Source of the DNA: a virus
IMG/VR virus record: IMGVR_UViG_3300042305_001986
Span: 32,001-96,000 of that record
Reading direction: 5' to 3' (one strand)
DNA: 64,000 nt
A program made the position numbers and the translations under genes. Shown here in pieces: positions 31,392 through 40,418 of the stretch (its first letter is position 1; the number at the start of each line of letters is the position of its first letter). The notes beneath the pieces were generated by a model. That model was not told the origin of the DNA and made no database searches. It was given only the letters and a program-made list of their open reading frames with translations.

Positions 31392-31781
31392 GGGGGCGAT
31401 TTTGGATTTGACCGGTATGGTCAGGCACAGAGTGCACGTAGTGAGATGAGATCTATCACTTTAATCTACGGTTTCAAAAACAACTGGCGAAACTTTCGCA
31501 AAACTTCAGTCTATTGGTTTGATCCAAACTGAAGAGGTTTACGCAGCCTAAGGCTCCGAAAACCTACGGGTCGGTCAGGACATATACCTATGAACAGAAG
31601 TCCACTGAAGGTTGGTTACCTTAATAACCAAAGGTTGTAGTACATCTTAAAGTATTACCACCGTGGCTGAACGGTGTGAGAATTCAGATATTTCGGATTA
31701 TTGTGAATTAATAATGACCTAAACGTGTAGTACTCTCTGTTTGAGATACTAGGGACGGCGGTTCGAGTCCGCCCGCCTTCA
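31392..31781 (+). ncRNA. ssrA: tmRNA; tag (A)GETFAKLQSIGLIQTEEVYAA at 31486-31551
   Basis: 5' GGGGGCG..GGATTTGAC; 3' GACGGCGG-TTCGAGT-CCGCC-CGCCTTC-A with G3.U70; resume context AACT|GGC; tag ends AA-stop. Confidence 0.93.
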
Positions 31782-31804
31782 CTAAATAAACTTAATTTTC
31801 AAAA

Positions 31805-32125
31805 ATGAAAAAAATTCTTTACATTCTCCTGTCAGTAACATTCTTAACTTCTTGCGTCGGAATTAAAAACACCGTAAATCGAGCACGTGTTGAAAAAGGT
31901 GAATCTTTTATCAAGTACGGTGTTGATGGACACCCTGATGGGATTGAGGTTTTAAAAGGAAGTGAATGTTTAAAGACAGATGCAGAGATTCGTCGATTTA
32001 ACAGAAAATGGGAGAAACAAGAACGTCGACTTGAAAAAGAAAAAAACAAAGAACTGAATAAAATAAAAAGAAAAATAAAAAGAGTAACTAGACAAACCAC
32101 AAGACAATTCAAAAAATCGGAATAA
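31805..32125 (+). CDS. lipoprotein (paralogue A)
   Basis: Lipobox LTSC; paralogous to 32950..33279. Confidence 0.8.
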   Translation: MKKILYILLSVTFLTSCVGIKNTVNRARVEKGESFIKYGVDGHPDGIEVLKGSECLKTDAEIRRFNRKWEKQERRLEKEKNKELNKIKRKIKRVTRQTTRQFKKSE

Positions 32126-32195
32126 CAAGTAACTGTATTGTCAAACATTAATTTTATTATTTTGATGACTGTAAGTTCCTTCATTTATTTAAAAT

Positions 32196-32720
32196 ATGAA
32201 AAATTTAATCTGCCTTTTTTTTCTGTTGACACCAATATGTGTCTTTTCTCAATCTCAATCAGATATTGATTCTGTAAATTACTACTTCAATATTTTACTC
32301 AATCATGATAGAGACAGTATTCGCCTTCATCAGAGGTCTGATTTAAATAAAGTTACTATTGAGACAGATGTCACGAAATTTATTAATCCCCTTGAACACC
32401 TGGATAGATGTGTTGATGATCTTATGTACACAGGAAGTTACTTTCCTCACACAACAACAAATATTGAAAACTTTTTAGCAACATATAGTCCTTATGATTT
32501 TTCAAGTCAGTATGTTGACCCGAAACAGATTGCTTATGAATTTTTTACTCGTTGGAAAAACTCACCAAAAGGTCACTATTATGTCATGATAAGTGATAAA
32601 AAATGGTCCAAACGAGATGATTGGGATTATCAAACTTTTATCGTACTATATAAAATGAAATATGATCCTGCAGCAAGAAACAAATGGGTCTTATGCGCGA
32701 CTTTTACTGTGTTCGAATAA
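32196..32720 (+). CDS. secreted CAP/SCP-like protein
   Basis: Signal peptide; EN...WKNSPKGHY motif. Confidence 0.65.
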   Translation: MKNLICLFFLLTPICVFSQSQSDIDSVNYYFNILLNHDRDSIRLHQRSDLNKVTIETDVTKFINPLEHLDRCVDDLMYTGSYFPHTTTNIENFLATYSPYDFSSQYVDPKQIAYEFFTRWKNSPKGHYYVMISDKKWSKRDDWDYQTFIVLYKMKYDPAARNKWVLCATFTVFE

Positions 32721-32949
32721 ATCAACCTAATTACCAATGAGCCGTACACATTTCGTATTTACCAAAAAATAAATTAGGTACATGTATATTCTATTCAATC
32801 GAGTCTATTTTTTGATTTCTTCTCTTTGAATGAGTAATGGAATAATTTTGGGTTTATTACTGAATCTATAAATTTTTTGATTGTCAACGTCTTGATTTGG
32901 AATAGTAGATAATATTCACTATATTTGTGAAACGAATGAACTCATAAAA

Positions 32950-33279
32950 ATGAAAAAATTAGTTTACATCCTCCTGTCGGTAACAATCTTAACGTCTTGT
33001 GTTGGTGTTAAAAACACCGTAAATCGATCACGTGTTGATGAAGGAGAATCTTTCATCAAGTATGGTGTTGATGGGTATCCTGATGGGGTTGAGGTTTTTA
33101 AAGGAAGTGAATGTTTGATGACTGACGCAGAAATTCGTAGATTCAATAATCAGTGGGAAAGACAAGAGCGTAAAGCACGTAAACAATCCAAAAAAGAAGA
33201 AAAAGTTTTTTTGAAAGAACTTCATAGAATTACTGAGGAAACTCACAAAAATTTTTTAGAGACTTGTTGCGATGATTGA
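32950..33279 (+). CDS. lipoprotein (paralogue B)
   Basis: Lipobox LTSC; host-type promoter tatatttg at 32920 with tttg at 32896. Confidence 0.8.
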   Translation: MKKLVYILLSVTILTSCVGVKNTVNRSRVDEGESFIKYGVDGYPDGVEVFKGSECLMTDAEIRRFNNQWERQERKARKQSKKEEKVFLKELHRITEETHKNFLETCCDD

Positions 33280-33291
33280 ATGATGAAGTTA

Positions 33292-34974
33292 TTATTTACT
33301 ACCTATATAAGTAACTTTAATAAGTGAATTACTATCAACGAAAGTATATCCATTGACTCTTTCATTATCAGGAATTACACCCTCAATTTTTCCGCTGAAT
33401 GTTATTTCTGCTTTTTGTCTACCTTGTTTAAAAAAGTAATATCCTCTAAATGGACCTTCAGTTATTTGTATTATCTCTCTATCTTTACCCTCACCATATA
33501 AGGTACTTAAGACATTCAAAAATTTGTCCTTCCTTTGTTCATTAACTTTGATTTCTTTATACCTAACATTTGTTTTGAGTTCTTGTCCGGGTTTTATAAC
33601 ATACATTTCTGAAACTCTATCAACACCTAATTTAACACTATAACCTTCTTCACTGTTATTCTTAACATTAAGTAGTAATATACTTCCTTCTAATTTATTA
33701 CCAATTACTTTCATGACTGATTTATCTGAAACAATATCGAACAATACGGGATTAGGGAATATTACGGTACTTTCTGTATTTTCAACTTTTTCCACAAAGT
33801 CTTGTTTTTCTTCACTCCTATAATTTTCATACCCTTCCACACCACCATATCTAGATACCATTTTCTCCGTATCGACAAGTTTATCCATTTCCTCTTTAGT
33901 TGCGGTGTAATTTTGAATTACATTACCACATTTATCCATTACTGCTAAAATTTTATTTTCTTTATTACCTCTATCAGCCTTTGGATTGACACATTGGTGA
34001 TAAAGTATTTCTCCCTTTTTATTAGATAATTTGACTTCTTGTGTACTAGTATGACAATTATTTGACATACATTTAGTAAATAAAACCAATCGTTCATTAT
34101 CTTGGAAGTAATAACCTTTCATTATTTGTTCTACTAAGTCAGGTGTGACTTTTAGTTTAGCAACTCTATCTCCACCCACATCTTTTCCTGAACCATTATT
34201 TAAATCAGCCACACCTATCAAAGTTTCATTTATGAATACTTGAAACTTAGCCTCATCACATGAATGTCCCCCTCGACAAGGAAATTTACTGTCATACTTT
34301 TTATAATAACTTACATCAATCTCAAAATCAATCAAACATGTATCTTCATATACATCTTCGGTTTTTATTGACTCCACACTGATATCGAATTTTATATATT
34401 GATCCTCTTTATATTTCGGGTCATTTGCGTTTTTTCGATCTTCTTCTTTAGTTCTATCGTACTTATGTTTTTGTGTACCTAACTCTACGTTTGTTTTAGG
34501 TTGAGGGATTATCGGTTTTGTTTTGATAATGCCATTTGTCACATAACTATCAAATATCTCATTGAGATAATTAACTAAGGTCTGTGCTCTTGCTTTTGCT
34601 AATGCGCCCGGTTCCATTCTACAACGATCAGTATATTCTTTTGGTGGACATTTTTCTCTATCATAATTAGTAACCGCCGATTCACCAACCTCGAGGTTTA
34701 TGGTTACTTTAGCGTTTGGATTTTCTTTTAAAAATCGGGCTATATTTTCTAAACCAGTTTTAATTTTTTCTTGAGACTCTGGAGATAAAGAGGTAAATTT
34801 ATACTTACCTTGTTCAAAATTATTAGATCCTACGTCTATTTTTAAACTTTCTGTTGAGGTTTTTGTACTTACTTTAGTTTGTTCTTTACTTCCGAATGAG
34901 GGTTGTTGTTGCTCTGAAATCAAACCCATCATTTCTTTAATTCTACTGATTTCAACAATAATATCCTTTTTCAT
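33292..34974 (-). CDS. probable virion-internal protein with OmpA-C-like (peptidoglycan-binding-like) domain
   Basis: EISRIKEMMGLISEQ leader; FLKENPNAKVTI..GES...LAKARAQTLVNYL pattern; TATTTAT upstream. Confidence 0.6.
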   Translation of the reverse strand: MKKDIIVEISRIKEMMGLISEQQQPSFGSKEQTKVSTKTSTESLKIDVGSNNFEQGKYKFTSLSPESQEKIKTGLENIARFLKENPNAKVTINLEVGESAVTNYDREKCPPKEYTDRCRMEPGALAKARAQTLVNYLNEIFDSYVTNGIIKTKPIIPQPKTNVELGTQKHKYDRTKEEDRKNANDPKYKEDQYIKFDISVESIKTEDVYEDTCLIDFEIDVSYYKKYDSKFPCRGGHSCDEAKFQVFINETLIGVADLNNGSGKDVGGDRVAKLKVTPDLVEQIMKGYYFQDNERLVLFTKCMSNNCHTSTQEVKLSNKKGEILYHQCVNPKADRGNKENKILAVMDKCGNVIQNYTATKEEMDKLVDTEKMVSRYGGVEGYENYRSEEKQDFVEKVENTESTVIFPNPVLFDIVSDKSVMKVIGNKLEGSILLLNVKNNSEEGYSVKLGVDRVSEMYVIKPGQELKTNVRYKEIKVNEQRKDKFLNVLSTLYGEGKDREIIQITEGPFRGYYFFKQGRQKAEITFSGKIEGVIPDNERVNGYTFVDSNSLIKVTYIGSK

Positions 34975-35045
34975 ACTGAATTTTCTCAATAAATAGTTGT
35001 ATAATTATAAAAACGGTTGTATATTCGTAAAAATTTTGATAACAC

Positions 35046-35636
35046 ATGAAATTTTTGACCCTCATCCCTCTTTTGTTCTTCTCGTTATCGATGAAATCCC
35101 AAATCACAGGTATGACTCCAAAGATCTACACCTGTTTTGAATTAGAGGGGAAAGACACGATTATTGTTCCTTGTGAAGAACATCCTCACATCATCTCAAA
35201 TACCCGTAACTTGGATCCTAATAAAACTAATATCGATTCACTCTGTCATCAAATGAGTTTGAATTTTCATAACCACTTGAACAAAGTAAGGAGAGATTTG
35301 AATTTGAGTACATTATCTTATGATTCTTCTATGTTTATCCTCTTAACTCATCCTCACAACTTATGGCAAGTTAAAAATGCAAAAGTTTCACATAGTGAAG
35401 GTAACTTAACATTATCTGAAAGATTTGAATATTACGGATACAACGGTATTGGAGAATGTGTGGCATACAATTTTAGATTTGATGAAACCCAAGAAAGTAT
35501 GTTTCTAACTCAATATCGGGATAGTCCTTCTCATTGGAAAATTCTTACCGATCCAAAATACAATTATATTTCAATCTCCACCCTTTATGATCAAGATAAA
35601 AGAAGGTTTTACTCAACTGTAAATGTTAGAAAATGA
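35046..35636 (+). CDS. secreted CAP/SCP-domain protein
   Basis: Signal peptide; LNKVRR, VSH, GECVA, DSPSHWKIL. Confidence 0.8.
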   Translation: MKFLTLIPLLFFSLSMKSQITGMTPKIYTCFELEGKDTIIVPCEEHPHIISNTRNLDPNKTNIDSLCHQMSLNFHNHLNKVRRDLNLSTLSYDSSMFILLTHPHNLWQVKNAKVSHSEGNLTLSERFEYYGYNGIGECVAYNFRFDETQESMFLTQYRDSPSHWKILTDPKYNYISISTLYDQDKRRFYSTVNVRK

Positions 35637-36157
35637 AAAAGTTATTTTTGTTAATGATTACTTGTGTTAACACCGCGTTTTCACAAGATGTTAGTTTAAT
35701 TGAAAAAGAATTACTTCGACTTATCCAAGAAGAAAGGACAAAGGCGGGTTTAAATGAGGTTATTCATTTAGATATTTTGGATAGAACCGCAGATATTCAA
35801 TCCGCTTATCTGTCAACTCTTAGTTATATTGGTGATGTAACCCATTCACATCCCAATAAATCGTTGGAAGAACCTGAACAACGGTACATGAGTTTGAGAA
35901 AATATAATGATTATACTCTTATTTTTGAAAATATCACAGTTTTCACATACCGAGCATCTGAAGGTGAACTATTAACCGCCTTACGTGCTCATAATAATTT
36001 TATGAAGTCGAAAGGTCACGCTCTTCGTGTGATGGATGATCCAACCTGTATTTTTACCAAAGATAGATTACCTTATAATTACGGACACAGTATTGTATAC
36101 GACAAAAAAAATAACTGGATTATCGTGGTTCAAGTATTTCAAATTAGTTTTAAATAA
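35633..36157 (+). CDS. secreted CAP/SCP-domain protein (copy 1)
   Basis: Signal peptide; IQEERTKAGL, THSH, FENI, FMKSKGH. Confidence 0.8.
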   Translation: MKKLFLLMITCVNTAFSQDVSLIEKELLRLIQEERTKAGLNEVIHLDILDRTADIQSAYLSTLSYIGDVTHSHPNKSLEEPEQRYMSLRKYNDYTLIFENITVFTYRASEGELLTALRAHNNFMKSKGHALRVMDDPTCIFTKDRLPYNYGHSIVYDKKNNWIIVVQVFQISFK

Positions 36158-36216
36158 TTTAGATGTATTTCCAAAAACACTTGGAATGTCATTATCTATT
36201 ATTAGGTGTGAAATCC

Positions 36217-36255
36217 TTAATAAAAGACAAAATAAGAATCTTGTAGAATAACCAT
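36217..36255 (-). pseudogene. orphan 3' remnant of an OmpA-like gene
   Basis: Encodes MVILQDSYFVFY*, similar to MIRLSKSYFVFY near the end of 36893..38146. Confidence 0.55.
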
Positions 36256-36318
36256 TTCAATATCCACTCCTTATGACAAAGAACAAAGAAGGTTTTACTC
36301 AACTGTAAATGTTAGAAG

Positions 36319-36849
36319 ATGAAAAAGTTACTTCTGTTGATGATTACTTGTGTTCACACTGCGTTTTCACAAGATGTTAGTTTAATTGAAAAAGAATTAC
36401 TTCGACTTATCCAAGAAGAAAGGACAAAGGCGGGTTTGAATGAGGTTATTCATTTAGATATCTTGGATAGAACCGCTGAGATTCAATCAACTTACTTGGC
36501 CACTCTTAGTAATATTGGTGATGTTACCCATTCACATCCCAATAAATCGTTGGAAGAACCTGATCAACGTTACTTGAGTTTGAAAAGAGGGGATATTTCT
36601 ACTTCTATTTTTGAAAATATTACAGTTTTTACGTATCGTCCAAGTGAAGGTGAACTATTAACCGCCTTACGTGCCCATAATAATTTTATGAAGTCGAAAG
36701 GTCACTCACTAATTGTAATGAATGACCTAACTTGCGTCTTTTCTGAAAATAAACCAGAATATAATTACGGACATAGTATTATTTTTGACAAAAAAAATAA
36801 TTGGATTATTGTAGTACAAATATTCCAAGGTAGATATGAAAGATGTTGA
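36319..36849 (+). CDS. secreted CAP/SCP-domain protein (copy 2)
   Basis: Highly similar to 35633..36157; the duplicated unit includes the last ~65 nt of the upstream CAP gene. Confidence 0.8.
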   Translation: MKKLLLLMITCVHTAFSQDVSLIEKELLRLIQEERTKAGLNEVIHLDILDRTAEIQSTYLATLSNIGDVTHSHPNKSLEEPDQRYLSLKRGDISTSIFENITVFTYRPSEGELLTALRAHNNFMKSKGHSLIVMNDLTCVFSENKPEYNYGHSIIFDKKNNWIIVVQIFQGRYERC

Positions 36850-36892
36850 AATCTTACTCCAATCCTTAGAAATCTATCAGTGTTAAAAAATT

Positions 36893-38146
36893 TTATCTTG
36901 CTCGATAATTAGGTTGATCGTCGGGGATATAGAAAACAAAATAACTTTTCGATAATCTAATCATTTTTATTTGTTTTCCATCAACTACATGAACTTCTAT
37001 AGCGTCATCACCACCATATCTTGTATTTTGAGTTGTCATTGGACCTACCCAATAAAAATCTCTTGGTACATTATTAAAATCAGGAGCATATTGATTTTTT
37101 GGTTCTATGGTACCAACTAAATTGTTACCTACATAAAACTTATCTTCACTTATCGAAGCTTTCATTTGACCACTCAACTTTGGTATATTTAAACTTTTTG
37201 CCAATTCATAGGAAATGAACGTACCTTCATTACCTCTCTTATCGTAGACCAAATAACCGTCAATAAATTCTCTACGACCTTCCTTGAATAATTCAACCTT
37301 GACACTTTGATTCTTCGGAAGGGTTCCAACCTCTGATTTTTTCGTTGCTTCGTCATCTGAAGGCAGTGGCCGATTAACCACCAAAACTTCAGCGTTTGGA
37401 TTGAGAACAATTGTTCTAAATTCTTCACCTCTTCTATTTGGTTGTCCATAATAATTTATACCCGGTAAAACATTAATCTTTAAGTCAAAACCGGTAGCTT
37501 CTTTGATTTTTTCTATTAATACTTTAGCATATTCATTAGCTCTATTATCTGCCAAATATTGGTTCATCTTTTTAGGATCTGTTTCACCATTATACGGTTT
37601 TGGATCAGGATGATCTAAAGAACTGTAACCCTGTGGGACCTTCAGTGTTGGTGTGGCAGAGTCTGCGCTTCCCTGTATCGTTACATTAGTTAATTTATTA
37701 CCTCCACCCATTTTTATATATTCAGTGAATAATTTAACAATTTGTTTAAATTTATCAAGTGCCTCAGGATACTTATCAAAGTATGGTTTAACCATATTAT
37801 CCGCATATGGTAAATCACCACCTTGAAGTGTAAATTTTTCTAAAGTCATTTCCTCTGAAGGTTCCGTAATTTTTTCTGTGGAATCTTTTTTTACCTGAGA
37901 GTTATAAACATATTCTCGAACAACAAATCCCTCTTCACCAACATAATACGCAAGAGGTTTGCCGTCCAAAACGGAAAAGTTCAAAGTACCACTATCTCTA
38001 TTCTTCCAACTGTAAGGGAGATCCTTTTTTCTTCTTCTATATTTTTTAACTTTCCTTTGACCGACCACATCACCAGGAGTTTGTTCATTTACAAACCCCA
38101 TCATCTCTCTAATACGATATATTTCGGATAAAACTTTCCTTTCCAT
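36893..38146 (-). CDS. probable virion-internal protein with OmpA-C-like domain
   Basis: EIYRIREMMGFVNEQ leader; VTIQGSADS...NQYLADNRA pattern; TATTTAT upstream. Confidence 0.6.
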   Translation of the reverse strand: MERKVLSEIYRIREMMGFVNEQTPGDVVGQRKVKKYRRRKKDLPYSWKNRDSGTLNFSVLDGKPLAYYVGEEGFVVREYVYNSQVKKDSTEKITEPSEEMTLEKFTLQGGDLPYADNMVKPYFDKYPEALDKFKQIVKLFTEYIKMGGGNKLTNVTIQGSADSATPTLKVPQGYSSLDHPDPKPYNGETDPKKMNQYLADNRANEYAKVLIEKIKEATGFDLKINVLPGINYYGQPNRRGEEFRTIVLNPNAEVLVVNRPLPSDDEATKKSEVGTLPKNQSVKVELFKEGRREFIDGYLVYDKRGNEGTFISYELAKSLNIPKLSGQMKASISEDKFYVGNNLVGTIEPKNQYAPDFNNVPRDFYWVGPMTTQNTRYGGDDAIEVHVVDGKQIKMIRLSKSYFVFYIPDDQPNYRAR

Positions 38147-38238
38147 ATGATTTTTCTTAATAAATACCTATGCGTTTCGAAAAAAATTTGGTTTATTGAA
38201 AAACAATTCATATATTTGTGTTCTGAAAAAACAACAAC

Positions 38239-38661
38239 ATGAAAAAGGTATTCAACTTGGGTGTTGGCAACACGATCAAAATGAACCGCAAGTTCGGAAT
38301 GCAGATCAAGGAAAAATATGGATTGACCTTTTTTCCCCGAGTTGTGGATGTGGTTGGATTGGTTGACCTTGACAAAACCAACATGAACTTGGTGATCAAG
38401 CTCACCAAAGAAAATGGAAAGGTTTGCCGTTGTTGCGGGGCAACCCTCAAGACACCAATGTCACAACTCACCAGCATCGGACCGGTATGTTCCAAACACT
38501 TGGGAGTGAAGTTCCCAACCACACAGAACCAAGTTGAATCGTTCCGTCAAGAAATTGAAAACAAGATCGAATCTCTTGGTGAATTTGAAATCAAAATCCC
38601 GAAGAGTCAGATTGACAAATGGGAAGGGGATGCATCGATGCTCGTCAATGTTCTCGTTTAA
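38239..38661 (+). CDS. DUF6011-like zinc-finger protein
   Basis: CRCCGATLKTPMSQLTSIGPVC; host-type promoter tatatttg 38211 / tttg 38187. Confidence 0.7.
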   Translation: MKKVFNLGVGNTIKMNRKFGMQIKEKYGLTFFPRVVDVVGLVDLDKTNMNLVIKLTKENGKVCRCCGATLKTPMSQLTSIGPVCSKHLGVKFPTTQNQVESFRQEIENKIESLGEFEIKIPKSQIDKWEGDASMLVNVLV

Positions 38662-39095
38662 AAATTGAAAAACTTGTTGAGTTTTTTCAGAGTATAATAT
38701 GAGGGAACCCATCCGTTGAAATTAAAATCCGGATCTACCTGTTCCCTCATATTTTCTTCAAATTCTTTGGCTTCGATATTATTCTTATATGTAATACCTG
38801 AGACATATTGAATTATATCTTTTGGATGATATCCGCTCAACATACCAAAGACAACGGTCATGGGTTCACTTCCAAAAATGGATTCAAATCCTTCATCGGG
38901 AAACTTACTTAAAATAAAGGGCAACAATTCATTCATTTCTTCACAAGCATCCTCATCATCCTCATCCAAACAGTTAATAAAAACATTCCAAAGATATTGA
39001 TCATCATACGGATGAAAATCATATACATATGAAACATTTGTTCCATATTTTTTGTCAAATTCAACCGATGGTTTTTCGTTTAGATAAAATTTCAT
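38658..39095 (-). CDS. hypothetical protein
   Basis: 145 aa; start lies in a 14-bp tandem repeat. Confidence 0.65.
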   Translation of the reverse strand: MKFYLNEKPSVEFDKKYGTNVSYVYDFHPYDDQYLWNVFINCLDEDDEDACEEMNELLPFILSKFPDEGFESIFGSEPMTVVFGMLSGYHPKDIIQYVSGITYKNNIEAKEFEENMREQVDPDFNFNGWVPSYYTLKKLNKFFNF

Positions 39096-39118
39096 AGATA
39101 AAATTTCATAGATAAAAT
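39081..39118. repeat. 14-bp tandem repeat (tagataaaatttca) x2.7
   Basis: Copies at 39081, 39095 and a partial copy at 39109. Confidence 0.85.
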
Positions 39119-39272
39119 GAATACTTTTTATAAATACCTTGAGAATTATAAATCACAGAATTGGTTTATCAAAACGTTAACTTTGATGGTTTTTTTTCTT
39201 CCTGGAGGTTTGTTGCTTCTTGGAGGAATTATATTAATCGATAACTTAATTAAGAATTTTAGAAGTTCATGA
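39117..39272 (+). CDS. small membrane protein (51 aa, not in ORF track)
   Basis: MNTFYKYLENYKSQNWFIKTLTLMVFFLPGGLLLLGGIILIDNLIKNFRSS. Confidence 0.5.
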   Translation: MNTFYKYLENYKSQNWFIKTLTLMVFFLPGGLLLLGGIILIDNLIKNFRSS

Positions 39273-39301
39273 ATATTTATTAATATAAAACAAAAAAGCC
39301 C

Positions 39302-39535
39302 ATGAACACAGAAAAATTTAAATCAGTTGTAAGACACGCTCTCACAGCTATCGGTACCTTATTGGTATTCTTTGGATTGAACAGTTATGTTCCTTTGGTT
39401 GATTATCTAACGGAGAACTTGGACGGAACAGTCCAAGCTATCGAAGTCCTTGTCGGTTTTGTATTGGTCGTCTTTGGTTTCTTGAGAAACAAAGACCGGT
39501 TCCAACTGTCGAATAAGGAAGAACAAAACGGTTAA
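39302..39535 (+). CDS. small two-TM membrane protein, holin-like
   Basis: Two hydrophobic helices, charged C-terminus, late TATTTAT motif. Confidence 0.55.
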   Translation: MNTEKFKSVVRHALTAIGTLLVFFGLNSYVPLVDYLTENLDGTVQAIEVLVGFVLVVFGFLRNKDRFQLSNKEEQNG

Positions 39536-39544
39536 ACACCTGAA

Positions 39545-39575
39545 GCCCTCCACCAAAAAGTGGAGGGTTTTTTTT
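39545..39575 (+). terminator. intrinsic terminator
   Basis: ccctccac-caaaaa-gtggaggg-tttttttt. Confidence 0.85.
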
Positions 39576-39620
39576 GATTATAAAATTAAAATAAACTATA
39601 ATTCATTTAAAATTTTAATT

Positions 39621-40115
39621 ATGGAAGCTGTTTTGGTTTTAAACGCAGATTATACACCCATCAATACAACAACTTTAACGAGGGGATTCGTCTTGGTACA
39701 TAAAGGAAAGGCTGAAATTTTGAAAGGAGGAGAAAAACCCATCGCAACTTCGATCGGAAATTTTATCAGACCGTTGATCATTCGTCTTTTGCATTATGTA
39801 AGTTTTAGACCCGTGAAATCACGTATCTCAAGACACAAGATATACAAAAGAGATAATCATGAATGTGTTTATTGTGGAACCAAAAATGATCTATCCATCG
39901 ATCACGTAATTCCAAAATCAAGGGGAGGAGGGAATACTTGGGCAAATCTTGTGACTTGTTGCAAGAAATGTAATTCAAGGAAGGGGAATAGAACTCCTGA
40001 AGAAGCAAATATGAAATTTGTAAAAAAGGTTGAAGTACCCAAAACTTTCTGTGGGATCTTTACAGTTGAAGCAGAAAAAATGTATAATGAGTTTATGACA
40101 AGTTTCTCTTATTGA
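39621..40115 (+). CDS. HNH endonuclease (HNH_5/McrA-like)
   Basis: VLVLNADY; RDNHECVYCG..SIDHVIPKSRGG.NTWANLVTCC..CN..KGNRTP. Confidence 0.9.
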   Translation: MEAVLVLNADYTPINTTTLTRGFVLVHKGKAEILKGGEKPIATSIGNFIRPLIIRLLHYVSFRPVKSRISRHKIYKRDNHECVYCGTKNDLSIDHVIPKSRGGGNTWANLVTCCKKCNSRKGNRTPEEANMKFVKKVEVPKTFCGIFTVEAEKMYNEFMTSFSY

Positions 40116-40159
40116 TTTTTTTAGAATAATTCATATATTTATAATCAGAATTTAAAACA

Positions 40160-40243
40160 ATGCTCAACAAAAAAGGACATATCAAAGGATTTAACGGCTG
40201 TGATTGGCAGCAGGAACCACCATGTCCATTTGTTCGGGTATAA
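40160..40243 (+). CDS. putative attenuator leader peptide MLNKKGHIKGFNGCDWQQEPPCPFVRV (27 aa)
   Basis: ATG in A-rich context after TATTTAT (40136-40142); 3' end overlaps the antiterminator arm. Confidence 0.7.
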   Translation: MLNKKGHIKGFNGCDWQQEPPCPFVRV

Positions 40244-40297
40244 AAAGTATATTTTTAAAAAAAATGTAACCCGAACAACAAAAGTTCGGGTTTTTTG
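40230..40297 (+). terminator. terminator/antiterminator switch upstream of the tRNA array
   Basis: Terminator aacccgaac(40268-76)/gttcgggtt(40284-92) plus T tract; ttgttcgggt (40230-39) is the perfect complement of acccgaacaa (40269-78). Confidence 0.8.
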
Positions 40298-40300
40298 TTG

Positions 40301-40320
40301 TATATTTGTGTTGTTCTTTG
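40301..40320 (+). promoter_or_regulatory. TAnnTTTG element plus boxA-like GTTCTTTG
   Basis: tatatttg 40301-08, gttctttg 40313-20; no clear -33 TTTG. Confidence 0.6.
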
Positions 40321-40339
40321 ATATATGAGGAAAAAAAAA

Positions 40340-40411
40340 GCAATGGTAGCTCAATGGTAGAGTTCCAGTCTTCCAAACTGGATGTTGTGGGTTCGAATCC
40401 CATCCATTGCT
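40340..40411 (+). tRNA. tRNA-Gly(TCC)
   Basis: Cloverleaf; anticodon loop CTTCCAA; TTCGAAT T-loop. Confidence 0.95.
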
Positions 40412-40418
40412 CAAAAAT

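Noticed and set aside
32721-32890. Second orphan C-terminal remnant after the first CAP gene
   Set aside because: A short minus-strand open frame exists, but I could not see similarity to either OmpA-like gene.
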